From positions 32,001 to 96,000 of the forward strand of contig JBFWLW010000005.1 in assembly GCA_050251945.1 (NCBI GenBank): DNA of 64,000 nt, written 5' to 3'. The notes beneath the pieces were generated by a model that did not search any database, was not told where the DNA came from, and worked only from the letters and a program-made list of their open reading frames with translations. Made by a program: the position numbers and the translations under genes. Shown here in pieces: positions 38,484 to 48,103 of the stretch. The DNA comes from Deferribacterales bacterium. Its GTDB lineage: Bacteria; Chrysiogenota; Deferribacteres; Deferribacterales; Geovibrionaceae. Every line of letters begins with the position of its first letter. Position 1 is the stretch's first letter.

Positions 38484-39971
38484 ATGTGGCAAAAGCTGAA
38501 AGAGTTTAGCAGGAAAGATCCTCTCATCTTTACCTTGATATTGGCGGTTATTATCGTGGTCGGCGGCTACGGCTCATTGCAGATGATGCATGCTACAAGC
38601 AAGCCTGAGTTCTGTAAAACCTGCCACCCTAAAGAAGCCATTGAGGTTAGAGGCGAGTATTATTCCTACAAAATGGGTGTCCACAGCGAGGCCGGCGTTG
38701 GCTGTCTCGACTGTCACGGGGCTCCCGGCATTAAGGGCTATTTTGACGCTCACGTTGTTGCCGGTATGAGAAGCCTTTATCACGAAATCTTTACATCAGA
38801 GGAGCAGGTTGTTAAAGACCTGACAGAGATGGCTGCCGATCCCAAAGTTGCTGCGCACATTGCATCTTCGGAATCCTGTATTTTCTGCCACTCTGACGAT
38901 TTCAACAGGAAGCTGAGACGCGACAGAGTCATTAAGGTTCTTGGCGAATTCAGACCGCTCGACGATGTTGTGAATCCGGAATACCGCGAGAAATACGGAA
39001 GACCGGACATCATGAAAGAAGGTCCCATCGGTGTTAATCCCGATCACCTTAAACACTATAAGGCGGGTGTAAACTGCCTTGACTGCCACCTTGGCATTGG
39101 TCACGCAGGTGTTAAAAACCATAAACCTAAAATGGAAACCTGCTTCAAATGTCACGACGATAACAGAAATGTTGCAAAAGTTCCCGCAAACGACAACTGC
39201 GCTCAGTGTCACACTATGCAGAAGGGCGTTCAGCAGGGTACATATGCAAAAACCGTTAAAGGTGACAAATGGTATATGGCAGACCTTAACTGTTCAGACT
39301 GCCATACCGACGCATATACTCTGCCCACACCCGAAACCTGTGCAGGATGCCACGATGCCAGCTACAGCGACATCATGAAAGAGACTCAGGCTGCTTATAA
39401 GCAGAGACTGGCTCAGGCTAAGTCCACACGCGACAAATACGCAGCACAGACAAAAGGTATGCCCGCAGGTAAACTTGCAGTCTACAACGAAATGAAAAAC
39501 ATCCTCCGTATTCTGGAAAACGACGGATCCAAAGGCGTTCACAACCCTGAATACTTCGATATGATGTTTGACAAGGTTGCAGAGCTTGCAACTGCCATTG
39601 ACACATGGACCGCTCCTGTCGAAAAAGCAGAGGAACATGTTGAGCAGAAAAAACATGAGGAGCCTAAAGCGGAAGCAAAACCCGCAGGTCCCGTGAACAC
39701 TGCCGAAGATATGGCTATGCTTGAAGGCTCTGAAACTATAAATCTTGCTGAGCGCCATGTTCCGGCACCCACAAAACCCGCAGTTATCTTCGACCACAAA
39801 GGTCACGCTGAAAGGGTTGCCTGTGCGGATTGCCACAGCGAACCCGGTGTTCTTAAGTTTGAAGTGAAAGAGGTTAAAGGTACTAAAAACGTCTTCCACG
39901 ATGAACTTTGCATCAAGTGTCACAAAGAAAGGAAGGCTAAGACCTCCTGTAACACTTGCCACAAGAAATAA
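38484..39971 (+). CDS. Membrane-anchored 11-heme cytochrome c (NapC/NirT N-domain, C-terminal c7-like triheme domain)
   Basis: N-terminal TM; 11 CxxCH motifs; DGSKGVHNP; VIFDHKGH. Confidence 0.9.
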   Translation: MWQKLKEFSRKDPLIFTLILAVIIVVGGYGSLQMMHATSKPEFCKTCHPKEAIEVRGEYYSYKMGVHSEAGVGCLDCHGAPGIKGYFDAHVVAGMRSLYHEIFTSEEQVVKDLTEMAADPKVAAHIASSESCIFCHSDDFNRKLRRDRVIKVLGEFRPLDDVVNPEYREKYGRPDIMKEGPIGVNPDHLKHYKAGVNCLDCHLGIGHAGVKNHKPKMETCFKCHDDNRNVAKVPANDNCAQCHTMQKGVQQGTYAKTVKGDKWYMADLNCSDCHTDAYTLPTPETCAGCHDASYSDIMKETQAAYKQRLAQAKSTRDKYAAQTKGMPAGKLAVYNEMKNILRILENDGSKGVHNPEYFDMMFDKVAELATAIDTWTAPVEKAEEHVEQKKHEEPKAEAKPAGPVNTAEDMAMLEGSETINLAERHVPAPTKPAVIFDHKGHAERVACADCHSEPGVLKFEVKEVKGTKNVFHDELCIKCHKERKAKTSCNTCHKK

Positions 39972-39976
39972 CTCAC

Positions 39977-40004
39977 AAGGGGCGGCTAATCACCGCCCCT
40001 TTTT
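39977..40004 (+). terminator. Rho-independent terminator
   Basis: AAGGGGCGG ... CCGCCCCTTTTT. Confidence 0.8.
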
Positions 40005-40120
40005 GCTTTCTATAACCTTCGCATTTCCTTGTTGTCGTATAAAAAATAATGCTCATGTACTTAAATGTACACTGCGCTTATTTTTTATCTGCCGCCTTGA
40101 ACTGCTTGGTTCTAAAAAGC
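40005..40120. repeat. Long-hairpin dispersed element (family 2), copy 1
   Basis: 13-bp imperfect terminal IRs; central TGTAC-ttaaat-GTACA; homologous to 48682-48795. Confidence 0.7.
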
Positions 40121-40169
40121 AACATGTAATTTTCCTTGCGGCTTTCCTTGTTCTGTTCTCAGTCTGCTT

Positions 40170-40197
40170 GTCTCTGCGAGCTCAGCGAAGCAGTCTC
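40170..40197. repeat. Single REP
   Basis: GTCTCTGCGAGCTCAGCGAAGCAGTCTC. Confidence 0.75.
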
Positions 40198-40289
40198 ATT
40201 TTTCACGTCGCTCTGTCTTTTAATCTTTTGTGATACGTATCTGAATATCATTTTGATTTTTTTTCTTGAATTCTGATTTTTTATGGATT

Positions 40290-40307
40290 ATTATATAGAC
40301 CGATTGT
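40290..40307 (+). promoter_or_regulatory. LmrA/YxaF-like operator 1
   Basis: ATTATATAGACCG, repeated exactly at 40907. Confidence 0.7.
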
Positions 40308-40326
40308 TATAATTATTGGAGATGAA

Positions 40327-40890
40327 ATGGCGAAATCAGACACCCGCCTGAAAATACTTAATACTGCAGCAGAATTGTTCCGCACTAAAGGGTACTATGC
40401 TGTGGGTCTGAATGAAATAATTAAGGCAAGCGGAGCCCCCAAAGGCAGTTTGTATTATTATTTCCCCAACGGCAAAGAACAGCTTGCCTCAGAGGCTGTC
40501 CGGTTTGTCGGGCAAAGAGTGAGACATGAAGTTGAGGAACAGCTCTACAAGGTAGACGACGCTGCCGCTTCACTGCAAAACCTCTTAAAAAACATGGCCG
40601 CGGACTTCAATACCAGAAAAAACAACTACTTTTCGGTAGCTCTCCTTGCGCTTGAAACCGTGGATAATAACGGAGATTTGAAAACGGCATGCAGAGAAGT
40701 TTTTGATGAATGGGCTGATATGTACAGGCTTAAACTTATACGCAGCGGATTCAACGATGAAAATGCTCATCGAATCAGCATCATGCTGCAGACTTTGATA
40801 GAGGGTATGTTCACCTTTGCAATAGCCAAAAACGACCCTTCAGTTTTTTTATTATTTGCTGAAATTATTCCCAAATTACTGGAATCTTAA
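40327..40890 (+). CDS. TetR family regulator (LmrA/YxaF-like)
   Basis: GLNEII..SGAPKGSLYYYFPNGKEQL; LLALET. Confidence 0.92.
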   Translation: MAKSDTRLKILNTAAELFRTKGYYAVGLNEIIKASGAPKGSLYYYFPNGKEQLASEAVRFVGQRVRHEVEEQLYKVDDAAASLQNLLKNMAADFNTRKNNYFSVALLALETVDNNGDLKTACREVFDEWADMYRLKLIRSGFNDENAHRISIMLQTLIEGMFTFAIAKNDPSVFLLFAEIIPKLLES

Positions 40891-40906
40891 AATTTTTTAA
40901 TAATAA

Positions 40907-40924
40907 ATTATATAGACCGTTATA
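40907..40924 (+). promoter_or_regulatory. LmrA/YxaF-like operator 2
   Basis: ATTATATAGACCG upstream of the MFS gene. Confidence 0.7.
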
Positions 40925-40941
40925 TATAGTATGAGGTTTAA

Positions 40942-42339
40942 ATGAAACAGAATTTACAGAACACAGATATGTCCAAGGGCAATTTTGCAATGATGTCCGT
41001 TCTTCTGATTTCTGCGTTTTTTGCAGTATTAAATGAAACATATCTGAACGTAGCTCTTACTAAGTTTATGGAAATCTTTAATGTAACCATGTCGCAGGTG
41101 CAATGGCTTACAACCGGTTTTATGCTGGTTATGGCGATTGTCATACCGACTACGGCGTTTATAATTGAAAGATTTTCTATCAGGCAGATTTACATAACAA
41201 CTCTTTTACTGATCATTTCAGGAACACTTATCGGAGGTTTTTCAGTCTCTTTCGGGATGTTATTTGTCGGGAGGCTCATACAGGCTGCAGGCACCTGCGT
41301 TCTTATGACTTTAATGACCAATACAATACTCATCATTACTCCCCACAGCAGAAGGGGTGCGGCAATGGGGCTTGTCGGTCTTGTAGTTTTATTTGCTCCT
41401 GCGGTGGCACCGGCTTTTGCGGGAGTAGTGCTGAAAATGTTTGACTGGAGGTGGTTATTTTATATTCTGGCATTTCCTCTGACTGCAGCTCTGATTCTGG
41501 GGCTGAAGTATATAAAAAACATCACTGATACGTCTCCTGTAAAAATAGATTTCCTTTCAGTTATCCTTTCCTCTGTCGGTTTGGGAGGAATCTTTTATGT
41601 GATAAGCGAGTTGGAGAATTCGGGAGCAGGTATAAAGCTCGCTGCCGTATTATTAATCGGGATATCATCAATTATATTTTTCGTATTGAGGCAGTTCAGA
41701 CTGGAAAAACCGCTGCTCGATCTTCGTGTTTTTAAAAAGCCGATGTACTGCATAGGCGTTTCAATTCTGACAATGTGTATGATGATAATTTTTGCATTCA
41801 CTCTTCTGTCGCCAATTTTTATGCAGGGAGCGATGAATCTTTCATTTTACGCTATAGGGCTGGCGATGCTTCCCGGCGGGATAATGAACGGTTTTGCATC
41901 TCCTGTGGCAGGGAAAATATTTGACAGAACAGGACCCAAAATACCTGTTATTACAGGTTTGATTATTATGGCCGCCATTGCACTCTTTCTGACGTCTTTT
42001 GACGGAAACACGTCTGTAGGAACATTTATAACAGCACACTGCGTGCTGATGCTTGCAGTTGCACTGGTTGCCACATCTATTCAGACATTAACTCTCAATC
42101 AGCTGGATAAAAATGAATACGCTCACGGCACAGCTATTTTAATGACTTTCCAGCAGCTGGGAGGAGGCTTGGGAACAGCAGTTTTTGTGGGGATCATGTC
42201 AATGGGCAGAAATATGGCACTTGTTAAAAATGCAGACAACGTATCTGCAATTACGTCTGGATTCCACCTTGCATTTATTGCGGCATTTGTACTCGTTATT
42301 ATTGCTCTGGTTTTATCGCTATTTATAAGGAGACGGTAA
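40942..42339 (+). CDS. DHA2 MFS efflux permease (LmrB-like)
   Basis: LNET.LNVAL, QWLTTGFML, GRLIQAAG, PLLDLRVF. Confidence 0.92.
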   Translation: MKQNLQNTDMSKGNFAMMSVLLISAFFAVLNETYLNVALTKFMEIFNVTMSQVQWLTTGFMLVMAIVIPTTAFIIERFSIRQIYITTLLLIISGTLIGGFSVSFGMLFVGRLIQAAGTCVLMTLMTNTILIITPHSRRGAAMGLVGLVVLFAPAVAPAFAGVVLKMFDWRWLFYILAFPLTAALILGLKYIKNITDTSPVKIDFLSVILSSVGLGGIFYVISELENSGAGIKLAAVLLIGISSIIFFVLRQFRLEKPLLDLRVFKKPMYCIGVSILTMCMMIIFAFTLLSPIFMQGAMNLSFYAIGLAMLPGGIMNGFASPVAGKIFDRTGPKIPVITGLIIMAAIALFLTSFDGNTSVGTFITAHCVLMLAVALVATSIQTLTLNQLDKNEYAHGTAILMTFQQLGGGLGTAVFVGIMSMGRNMALVKNADNVSAITSGFHLAFIAAFVLVIIALVLSLFIRRR

Positions 42340-42432
42340 TACGATTTTGTATTTCGCTGTTCATTGTTTAAGTAGCTTTTCCATGCGCGATTTATTATAA
42401 CTATAGAAGATTAATTACACAGGGGAGAACCT

Positions 42433-42792
42433 ATGAGCGCTAAGGAAAAAAACGTAAAAAAGATACTCATCCGCAGTCTGGCATCAATAGTAATAGTTTT
42501 CGTAGCCGCATGGAGTTTCAGTCTTCTCTACGAAGGCAATAAATATCGTCTGCTTGAAAAATTCGATAAACAGGCTGAGGAGAACAGTTCTCTCAAACCG
42601 TATCACAAACTGCACTTTCAGGCAAAACTGGACTGCAGCGCCTGCCATGAGGGCGGAGTTAAAGAGAATCAACCTATTGCTAAGACAAAAGAGGGCGACT
42701 GTTTTATCTGTCACGAAAAGATGAAAGAAACAGCCAAGGTTCCCGAAAATACTCTCTGTGATGCCTGCCATACAAAACCTGTAACATGGTAA
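42433..42792 (+). CDS. Membrane-anchored triheme cytochrome c
   Basis: N-terminal TM; CSACH, CFICH, CDACH. Confidence 0.85.
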   Translation: MSAKEKNVKKILIRSLASIVIVFVAAWSFSLLYEGNKYRLLEKFDKQAEENSSLKPYHKLHFQAKLDCSACHEGGVKENQPIAKTKEGDCFICHEKMKETAKVPENTLCDACHTKPVTW

Positions 42793-42805
42793 ACGGAGGA
42801 GAACG

Positions 42806-43387
42806 ATGATAGACGCAAGAGGAATGGCATGTCCCCAGCCCGTTCTGCTTATTAAAGCGGAACTTGATAAGACAACGGAGGGCGTTGTTTCCATAACCGT
42901 GGATAACAAAGGCTCATGCATAAACGTAAAGAACTTCTGCGAAGCGAACGGATGCACAGTGTCCGTTAAAGAACTTGCGGACGGCTGTTTTCAGATAGAC
43001 GCGGCGAAAGGTTACGACTGCGCAATAGCTGAGAAACAGACGGAAAATTCCACGAACATAGTTGTGTTCGTCACAGGTGAATGTGTCGGAAACGAAGAAC
43101 CTGAACTCGGCAGGATGCTCATGAAAGGTTTCATCGGAAATCTGAAGCATGTAAATCCCTTACCCAAAACGGTTATATTCGTTAATAACAGTGTGCGCAT
43201 GGTAACGCTGAACCTCGAAGTGGCTGAAACTGTTAAAGAGCTTGAGGCTCTTGGTGTGGAAGTCCTTGCGTGCGGTGCCTGTCTTAACTATTTTAATCTG
43301 GTGGACGAGCTTAAAGCCGGCAAAGTATCAGACGCTCTGACAGTTGCAAACAAGCTTTTCGGTGCAGATAAAGTAATAAGACTGTAA
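42806..43387 (+). CDS. yedF: TusA-DsrE fusion, selenium metabolism protein YedF-like
   Basis: IDARGMACPQPV; ELGRMLMKGF; ACGACLNYF. Confidence 0.88.
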   Translation: MIDARGMACPQPVLLIKAELDKTTEGVVSITVDNKGSCINVKNFCEANGCTVSVKELADGCFQIDAAKGYDCAIAEKQTENSTNIVVFVTGECVGNEEPELGRMLMKGFIGNLKHVNPLPKTVIFVNNSVRMVTLNLEVAETVKELEALGVEVLACGACLNYFNLVDELKAGKVSDALTVANKLFGADKVIRL

Positions 43388-43531
43388 AAGGTGCAAGGCA
43401 CATGGATGTGCCTCACGGAATTATGATTTTGTGATTTATTACAAAATCATAATAGAGTGCAAGCATTGTGCAGGCTTTGCCTGTGCTGTGCGTTGCGAAA
43501 AAATAACAGGAAGTTATTTTTGAGGTGACAA

Positions 43532-44212
43532 TTGTTCCCACTTTCGGATTCGTTCAAGACGGGGATATATCCGGTTGTAACATGGGTAATCATACTGATA
43601 AACGTGGTTGTTTTCTGGATGATGTACATGGGTCAGAACCCGCACCCTGATCAGTACATTATTGAATACGGACTGATAGCCCGCAATCTGTTCATACCGG
43701 ACGAGGTTTTACCTCTGTCAGGCAAGATCACCCCCGTCATAGCCCATATGTTCATGCACGGCGGGTTTATGCATATTCTGGGAAACATGTATTTCCTGTT
43801 CATCTTTGGCGATAACGTTGAGGAACGGATGGGACACGTCGGGTTTTCAGTCATGTACTTTGTTTTCGGTCTTTGCGCGGCGTTTGTACAGGTGCTTTCC
43901 GATATCGGGTCTCAGGTGCCTATGGTTGGCGCCAGCGGCGCTCTGGCTGGTGTCATGGGCGCTTATATGATATATTTTCCGCAGTCGCAGGTGAGAACGC
44001 TGTTTCTTCTGCCTTTTTTCATCCGCATAGTGGAGATTCCGGCATTGATATACATGCTTTTCTGGCTTGGTATGCAGTTCATGGGAGTGCTGGGCAGCGG
44101 TTCCGGCGTTGCGTTTCTGGCGCATATAGGCGGATTTGCGGCTGGTGTTGTTTTCGCATTGATACACAGAGGCTTGAGCGGTACGCCGCATAAAAGATAT
44201 TACAGAATATGA
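43532..44212 (+). CDS. Rhomboid intramembrane serine protease
   Basis: MFMHGGFMHILGNM, GASGA, AHIGG; TTG start behind GAGGTG. Confidence 0.93.
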   Translation: MFPLSDSFKTGIYPVVTWVIILINVVVFWMMYMGQNPHPDQYIIEYGLIARNLFIPDEVLPLSGKITPVIAHMFMHGGFMHILGNMYFLFIFGDNVEERMGHVGFSVMYFVFGLCAAFVQVLSDIGSQVPMVGASGALAGVMGAYMIYFPQSQVRTLFLLPFFIRIVEIPALIYMLFWLGMQFMGVLGSGSGVAFLAHIGGFAAGVVFALIHRGLSGTPHKRYYRI

Positions 44213-44233
44213 TATGGGACTGCGCGGCAGTCT

Positions 44234-44374
44234 CAGGTTGTTGACAAACTAAATTTACACAGACTTATATTAGACTGCTTCGGGTTAAAACCCTCGCAGA
44301 GACTTTTTTTTGTCTTCGCGAGGAGTGCATGCGACGACGCGATCTCGCATTTTACTGACTTTGTCATCAGTCTG
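44234..44374 (-). mobile_element. MITE-like element, copy c
   Basis: CAGGTTGTTGACAAA ... TTTGTCATCAGTCTG; hairpin on the left flank only. Confidence 0.8.
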
Positions 44375-44391
44375 ATTATCAGGAGGGGACG

Positions 44392-44640
44392 ATGTGTCTT
44401 GGATTTCCCGGTAAAATAATTGAAATGGATGAATATTCCGCAGTTGTGGATATAGCAGGAACAAAGCGTGAGGTATCCACAATGATGCTGCCTGACGAAG
44501 TCACACTTGGCGACTGGGTTATGGTTCACGCCGGAATGGCGCTTGCAAAGATGGATGAGGAAGAGGCTATAAAGACCCTTGAAGCTCTTTCGGATCTTGC
44601 TGACGAAATGGACAGGATGGAAACGGATGAAGCTCGTTGA
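44392..44640 (+). CDS. hypC: Hydrogenase maturation chaperone
   Basis: MCLGFPG; GDWVMVHAG. Confidence 0.95.
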   Translation: MCLGFPGKIIEMDEYSAVVDIAGTKREVSTMMLPDEVTLGDWVMVHAGMALAKMDEEEAIKTLEALSDLADEMDRMETDEAR

Positions 44641-45703
44641 CGGATTCAGAGACAAGGAGCTTTGCGCGGCTCTTATAAAACAGATACAGAGAGAGGCTAC
44701 AGGCAGCTATAGATTTATGGAAGTTTGCGGAAGTCATACAATGGCTATCGCCCGCTTCGGGATACGCAGTGTTCTGCCTAAGAACATTGAACTGGTTTCA
44801 GGACCCGGATGCCCTGTCTGCGTTACGCCTCAGTGTGAGATAGACGGTATATTCAAGCTGGTTGAAAAGGGTGCGGTAATCACCACTTTCGGCGATATGA
44901 TGAAGGTTCCGGGCAGTAAAGGTCAGAATCTGCAGGAACTTAAAAGCGCAGGAGCGGACATCCGCATAGTATTTTCACCACTTGACGCTATAAAGGTTGC
45001 AAAAGAGACCGGCAAAGAGACTGTTTTCATAGGCATCGGTTTCGAGACAACAGCCCCTGCGGTTGCCTCGGTTGCACTGGTTGCGAAACAGCAGGGTGTT
45101 AAGAACGTGTCCGTGACCCCCTATAACAAGACGATGCCCGAAGTGCTGGACATTCTTCTCAACGACGAGAATCTGAATATTCAGGGGTTCGTATGCCCGG
45201 GACACGTTACTATAGTGACCGGAACAGCGCTTTACAATCCGATGGTTGCTCACAACATGGCGGCAGTTATAACAGGATTTGAGCCTGTGGACGTGCTTTC
45301 CTCAATCCTTGAGATGGTTCGTCAGGTGAATACTGGTAAGTATGAAGTAAAAAACATGTACGGTCGCGTTGTTTCCGATGAAGGAAACAAAAAGGCTCAG
45401 AACATCCTGAACACGGTATATCAGAAACAGGGATGCTGGTGGCGCGGCATTGGCTGGATAGATGACAGCGGTCTGGCTTTCAGACCGGAATACAAAGAAT
45501 ACGACGCATTTGAGAAGTTCGGCATCAGCCTTGAAGGAGAGAAGGAAACCCCCGGGTGCAGATGCGGAGAAGTTCTGAAAGGCTATATAAAGGCGAGCGA
45601 TTGCCCGCTTTTCGGCACAGCCTGCACACCCGACAGTCCCGTAGGACCCTGTATGGTCTCCTCCGAGGGCGCGTGTGCGGCGGTCTATAAATATGGAGAG
45701 TAA
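44627..45703 (+). CDS. hypD: Hydrogenase maturation protein
   Basis: MEVCGSH, GPGCPVC, GFETT, CMVSSEGAC; start moved to ATG 44627. Confidence 0.96.
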   Translation: MKLVDGFRDKELCAALIKQIQREATGSYRFMEVCGSHTMAIARFGIRSVLPKNIELVSGPGCPVCVTPQCEIDGIFKLVEKGAVITTFGDMMKVPGSKGQNLQELKSAGADIRIVFSPLDAIKVAKETGKETVFIGIGFETTAPAVASVALVAKQQGVKNVSVTPYNKTMPEVLDILLNDENLNIQGFVCPGHVTIVTGTALYNPMVAHNMAAVITGFEPVDVLSSILEMVRQVNTGKYEVKNMYGRVVSDEGNKKAQNILNTVYQKQGCWWRGIGWIDDSGLAFRPEYKEYDAFEKFGISLEGEKETPGCRCGEVLKGYIKASDCPLFGTACTPDSPVGPCMVSSEGACAAVYKYGE

Positions 45704-45708
45704 AAAAA

Positions 45709-47466
45709 ATACTACACGGAAATATCATAGGGCTTAAGCCCCAGCAAATAAAAAGACTTGAAAATCTGTACGGACGCAAAGCAGGCTCACACGAGGTCAT
45801 CCAGCCGGAGCTTGCCAAAGCGCTCTGTTCCATATCCATGGAGATAAACAGGCAGGTGGGCGTTCTTGCCGACAGAAAAGGCGTGGTGGAATTTGTCATT
45901 GTGGGCGACACCCGCGGGCTGTTCATCCCTTCGCTGTCCCGTTTCCGGCTTGTTCCGGGAAACCTGCGCGGGATAAGGCTTCTGCATACCCACCTTTACA
46001 GGGAGAACATCACGGAGGACGATATAACCGACCTTGCGCTTCTGCGTCTGGACAGTGTCACCGCGGTGTATTCTGACCCTCATGGCAACCCCAACGGGCT
46101 GAAAACTGCGCATCTCCTGCCGCCGGATGCAGAGAGCATGTATGCGTTTCTGTCTGATACGGATATTTACAGACAGAAGACCGACTATGAGCATTTCATA
46201 GCGGAACTGGACAGCGAAATAGCCTCCAAAACAAAAAAACTGCACAAGGTGCAGGACAAGCCATACGCGCTTCTTGTGGGCTGTTACAAGTCTAAAAGTT
46301 TCGGCGAGGACAACATGGCAGAGCTTAAAGAGCTTGCCAGAAGCGCCGAGATGGAGATAACCGATACTGTTGTTCAGGTGAAAGACCAGATACACCCCAA
46401 ATATGTCATAGGTTCCGGCAAACTGAAAGATATCGTCATAAAGGCTATGCAGACAGGTGCGGAGTTTCTTGTGTTCGACAACCCTCTGACCCCTGCGCAG
46501 TCCCGTTCAATCGCGGACTTTACCGACCTCAAGATCATCGACCGTCCCCAGCTTATTCTTGACATCTTCGCGAAACGCGCGAAGACGGGCGAGGGCAAGA
46601 TAAGGGTGGAGCTTGCGCAGATGAAATATCTTCTGCCGAGGCTTACGATGAAGGACGACGCACTTTCGAGGCTTACCGGGGGTATCGGCGGACGCGGACC
46701 CGGAAACACGAAACTGGAGATAGACAAAAGACGCGTCAACGAGAGGATAGCCTTCCTTTCGGGCAAGCTGAAACAGATAGAGAAGAACCGCGAGACAATG
46801 CGTTCGCGCAGAAACCGCAACGAACTTCCTGTGGTGTCCATAATCGGCTACACCAACGCGGGCAAATCGACGCTTTTGAACAGCCTTACCCAAAGCGAGG
46901 TGTATGCGGACAATCTTATGTTTGCGACACTTGACACCAGTTCCAAAAGGATACGCTTCCCTGAGGAGAAGGATGTCATTATAACGGATACGGTCGGGTT
47001 CATACGCGACCTGCCGGAAAACCTGAAAGGTGCGTTTAAATCCACCCTTGAGGAGCTTGCGGAGGCCGATCTTCTTGTGCATGTGCTGGATATTGCATCC
47101 GAAGGATTCAATGCCCGTGCAAGATCCGTTGAACTTATCCTTGCGGAGCTTGGTCTTTCAGACAGGGACAAGATTCTGGTGCTGAACAAGATTGACATGC
47201 TCGATGATTTCGAGCGGGAATATCTTGCAACAGGTATCGTACCCGACGGCGAACAGCCGGAAAAATATTCACGAATTTTCGATGTTGAAAATATGATTCA
47301 ACGTTATAATAAAGTATGTCTCGTGAGCGCGACGGACAGAAGAACCTTCCGTGAGCTGCTGGAGATCATACGGCTGTCCCTCTTTTCCGGCGGGAAAGAG
47401 GTGGATATTGACATCGAAGGCTATTTCGGGCTGAGGGCATATGACGGGGACATTGACACCATCTGA
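45709..47466 (+). CDS. hflX: Long-form GTPase HflX (start probably upstream of ATG 45838; see findings)
   Basis: GYTNAGKS, FATLDT, DTVG, NKID; coding-like frame ILHGNIIGLKPQQIKRLENLY upstream of the first ATG. Confidence 0.88.
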   Translation: MLHGNIIGLKPQQIKRLENLYGRKAGSHEVIQPELAKALCSISMEINRQVGVLADRKGVVEFVIVGDTRGLFIPSLSRFRLVPGNLRGIRLLHTHLYRENITEDDITDLALLRLDSVTAVYSDPHGNPNGLKTAHLLPPDAESMYAFLSDTDIYRQKTDYEHFIAELDSEIASKTKKLHKVQDKPYALLVGCYKSKSFGEDNMAELKELARSAEMEITDTVVQVKDQIHPKYVIGSGKLKDIVIKAMQTGAEFLVFDNPLTPAQSRSIADFTDLKIIDRPQLILDIFAKRAKTGEGKIRVELAQMKYLLPRLTMKDDALSRLTGGIGGRGPGNTKLEIDKRRVNERIAFLSGKLKQIEKNRETMRSRRNRNELPVVSIIGYTNAGKSTLLNSLTQSEVYADNLMFATLDTSSKRIRFPEEKDVIITDTVGFIRDLPENLKGAFKSTLEELAEADLLVHVLDIASEGFNARARSVELILAELGLSDRDKILVLNKIDMLDDFEREYLATGIVPDGEQPEKYSRIFDVENMIQRYNKVCLVSATDRRTFRELLEIIRLSLFSGGKEVDIDIEGYFGLRAYDGDIDTI

Positions 47467-47800
47467 GGTTATTCAGTTCAGGGCAGAATGTTACAGAAAC
47501 CTTGACGGAAGGGGCGTTTTCAGTCTCTATTCCGAGCGGAGCGACCTTTGCAGATTTTTCAGCGAGGACTCGTTTTCCGACCATTTTTCAAAACAGACCG
47601 CTGGATGCACCCATGCGGGAATAAAAATTGTGTCCGAGTATGAAAAAGGAGGGCTTGCCGAAGTGAAGTACATCGAGTACATTGATGAAGGCGCAAGCCT
47701 CGTTTCGTATTATTCCAAAACGGCTTTGGTTACGGAAGACGGTCAGTGGAAAATTCTGCGCGAATCCAGAGAAGTGCGAAAAAACGCCATAACCGCTTGA
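47441..47800 (+). CDS. Hypothetical protein, possibly YchJ/NTF2-like
   Basis: Overlaps hflX end; TPSEVIQFR and EDGQWK patterns. Confidence 0.55.
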   Translation: MTGTLTPSEVIQFRAECYRNLDGRGVFSLYSERSDLCRFFSEDSFSDHFSKQTAGCTHAGIKIVSEYEKGGLAEVKYIEYIDEGASLVSYYSKTALVTEDGQWKILRESREVRKNAITA

Positions 47801-47877
47801 TAAAAAAAATTTACTTTTATGTCAAATAGTGCTTGAAAAATTGACGGGAATATTTTATAAGTAATCCCTGCTTACAC

Positions 47878-47966
47878 GGAGGAGTGTCCGAGTCTGGTTT
47901 AAGGAGGCGGTCTTGAAAACCGTTGAGCGTGTGAGCGCTCCGTGGGTTCGAATCCTACCTCCTCCG
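47878..47966 (+). tRNA. tRNA-Ser(TGA)
   Basis: GGAGGAG/CTCCTCC-like acceptor stem, loop CTTGAAA, long variable arm, GTTCGAATC; CCA not encoded. Confidence 0.95.
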
Positions 47967-47983
47967 TTTTATATTTTCTTTTG

Positions 47984-48076
47984 GGAGTGGTGGCCGAGCT
48001 AGGCCGAAGGCGCTCGCCTGCTAAGCGAGTATACGGCTTTTAAACCGTATCGAGGGTTCGAATCCCTCCCACTCCG
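47984..48076 (+). tRNA. tRNA-Ser(GCT)
   Basis: GGAGTGG/CCACTCC; CTCGC-CTGCTAA-GCGAG; long variable arm; CCA not encoded. Confidence 0.95.
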
Positions 48077-48103
48077 TATCGACTTCTATAAAAAGAGGAT
48101 GTC

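Noticed and set aside
43388..43500. Short hairpins after yedF as a riboswitch or SECIS
   Set aside because: No recognisable consensus and no in-frame TGA in yedF
44392..45703. hypCD as dedicated maturases of the sensory hydrogenase
   Set aside because: More than 20 kb away; no evidence of specificity
47878..47966. tRNA-Sec, suggested by nearby yedF
   Set aside because: Anticodon is TGA (Ser), not TCA
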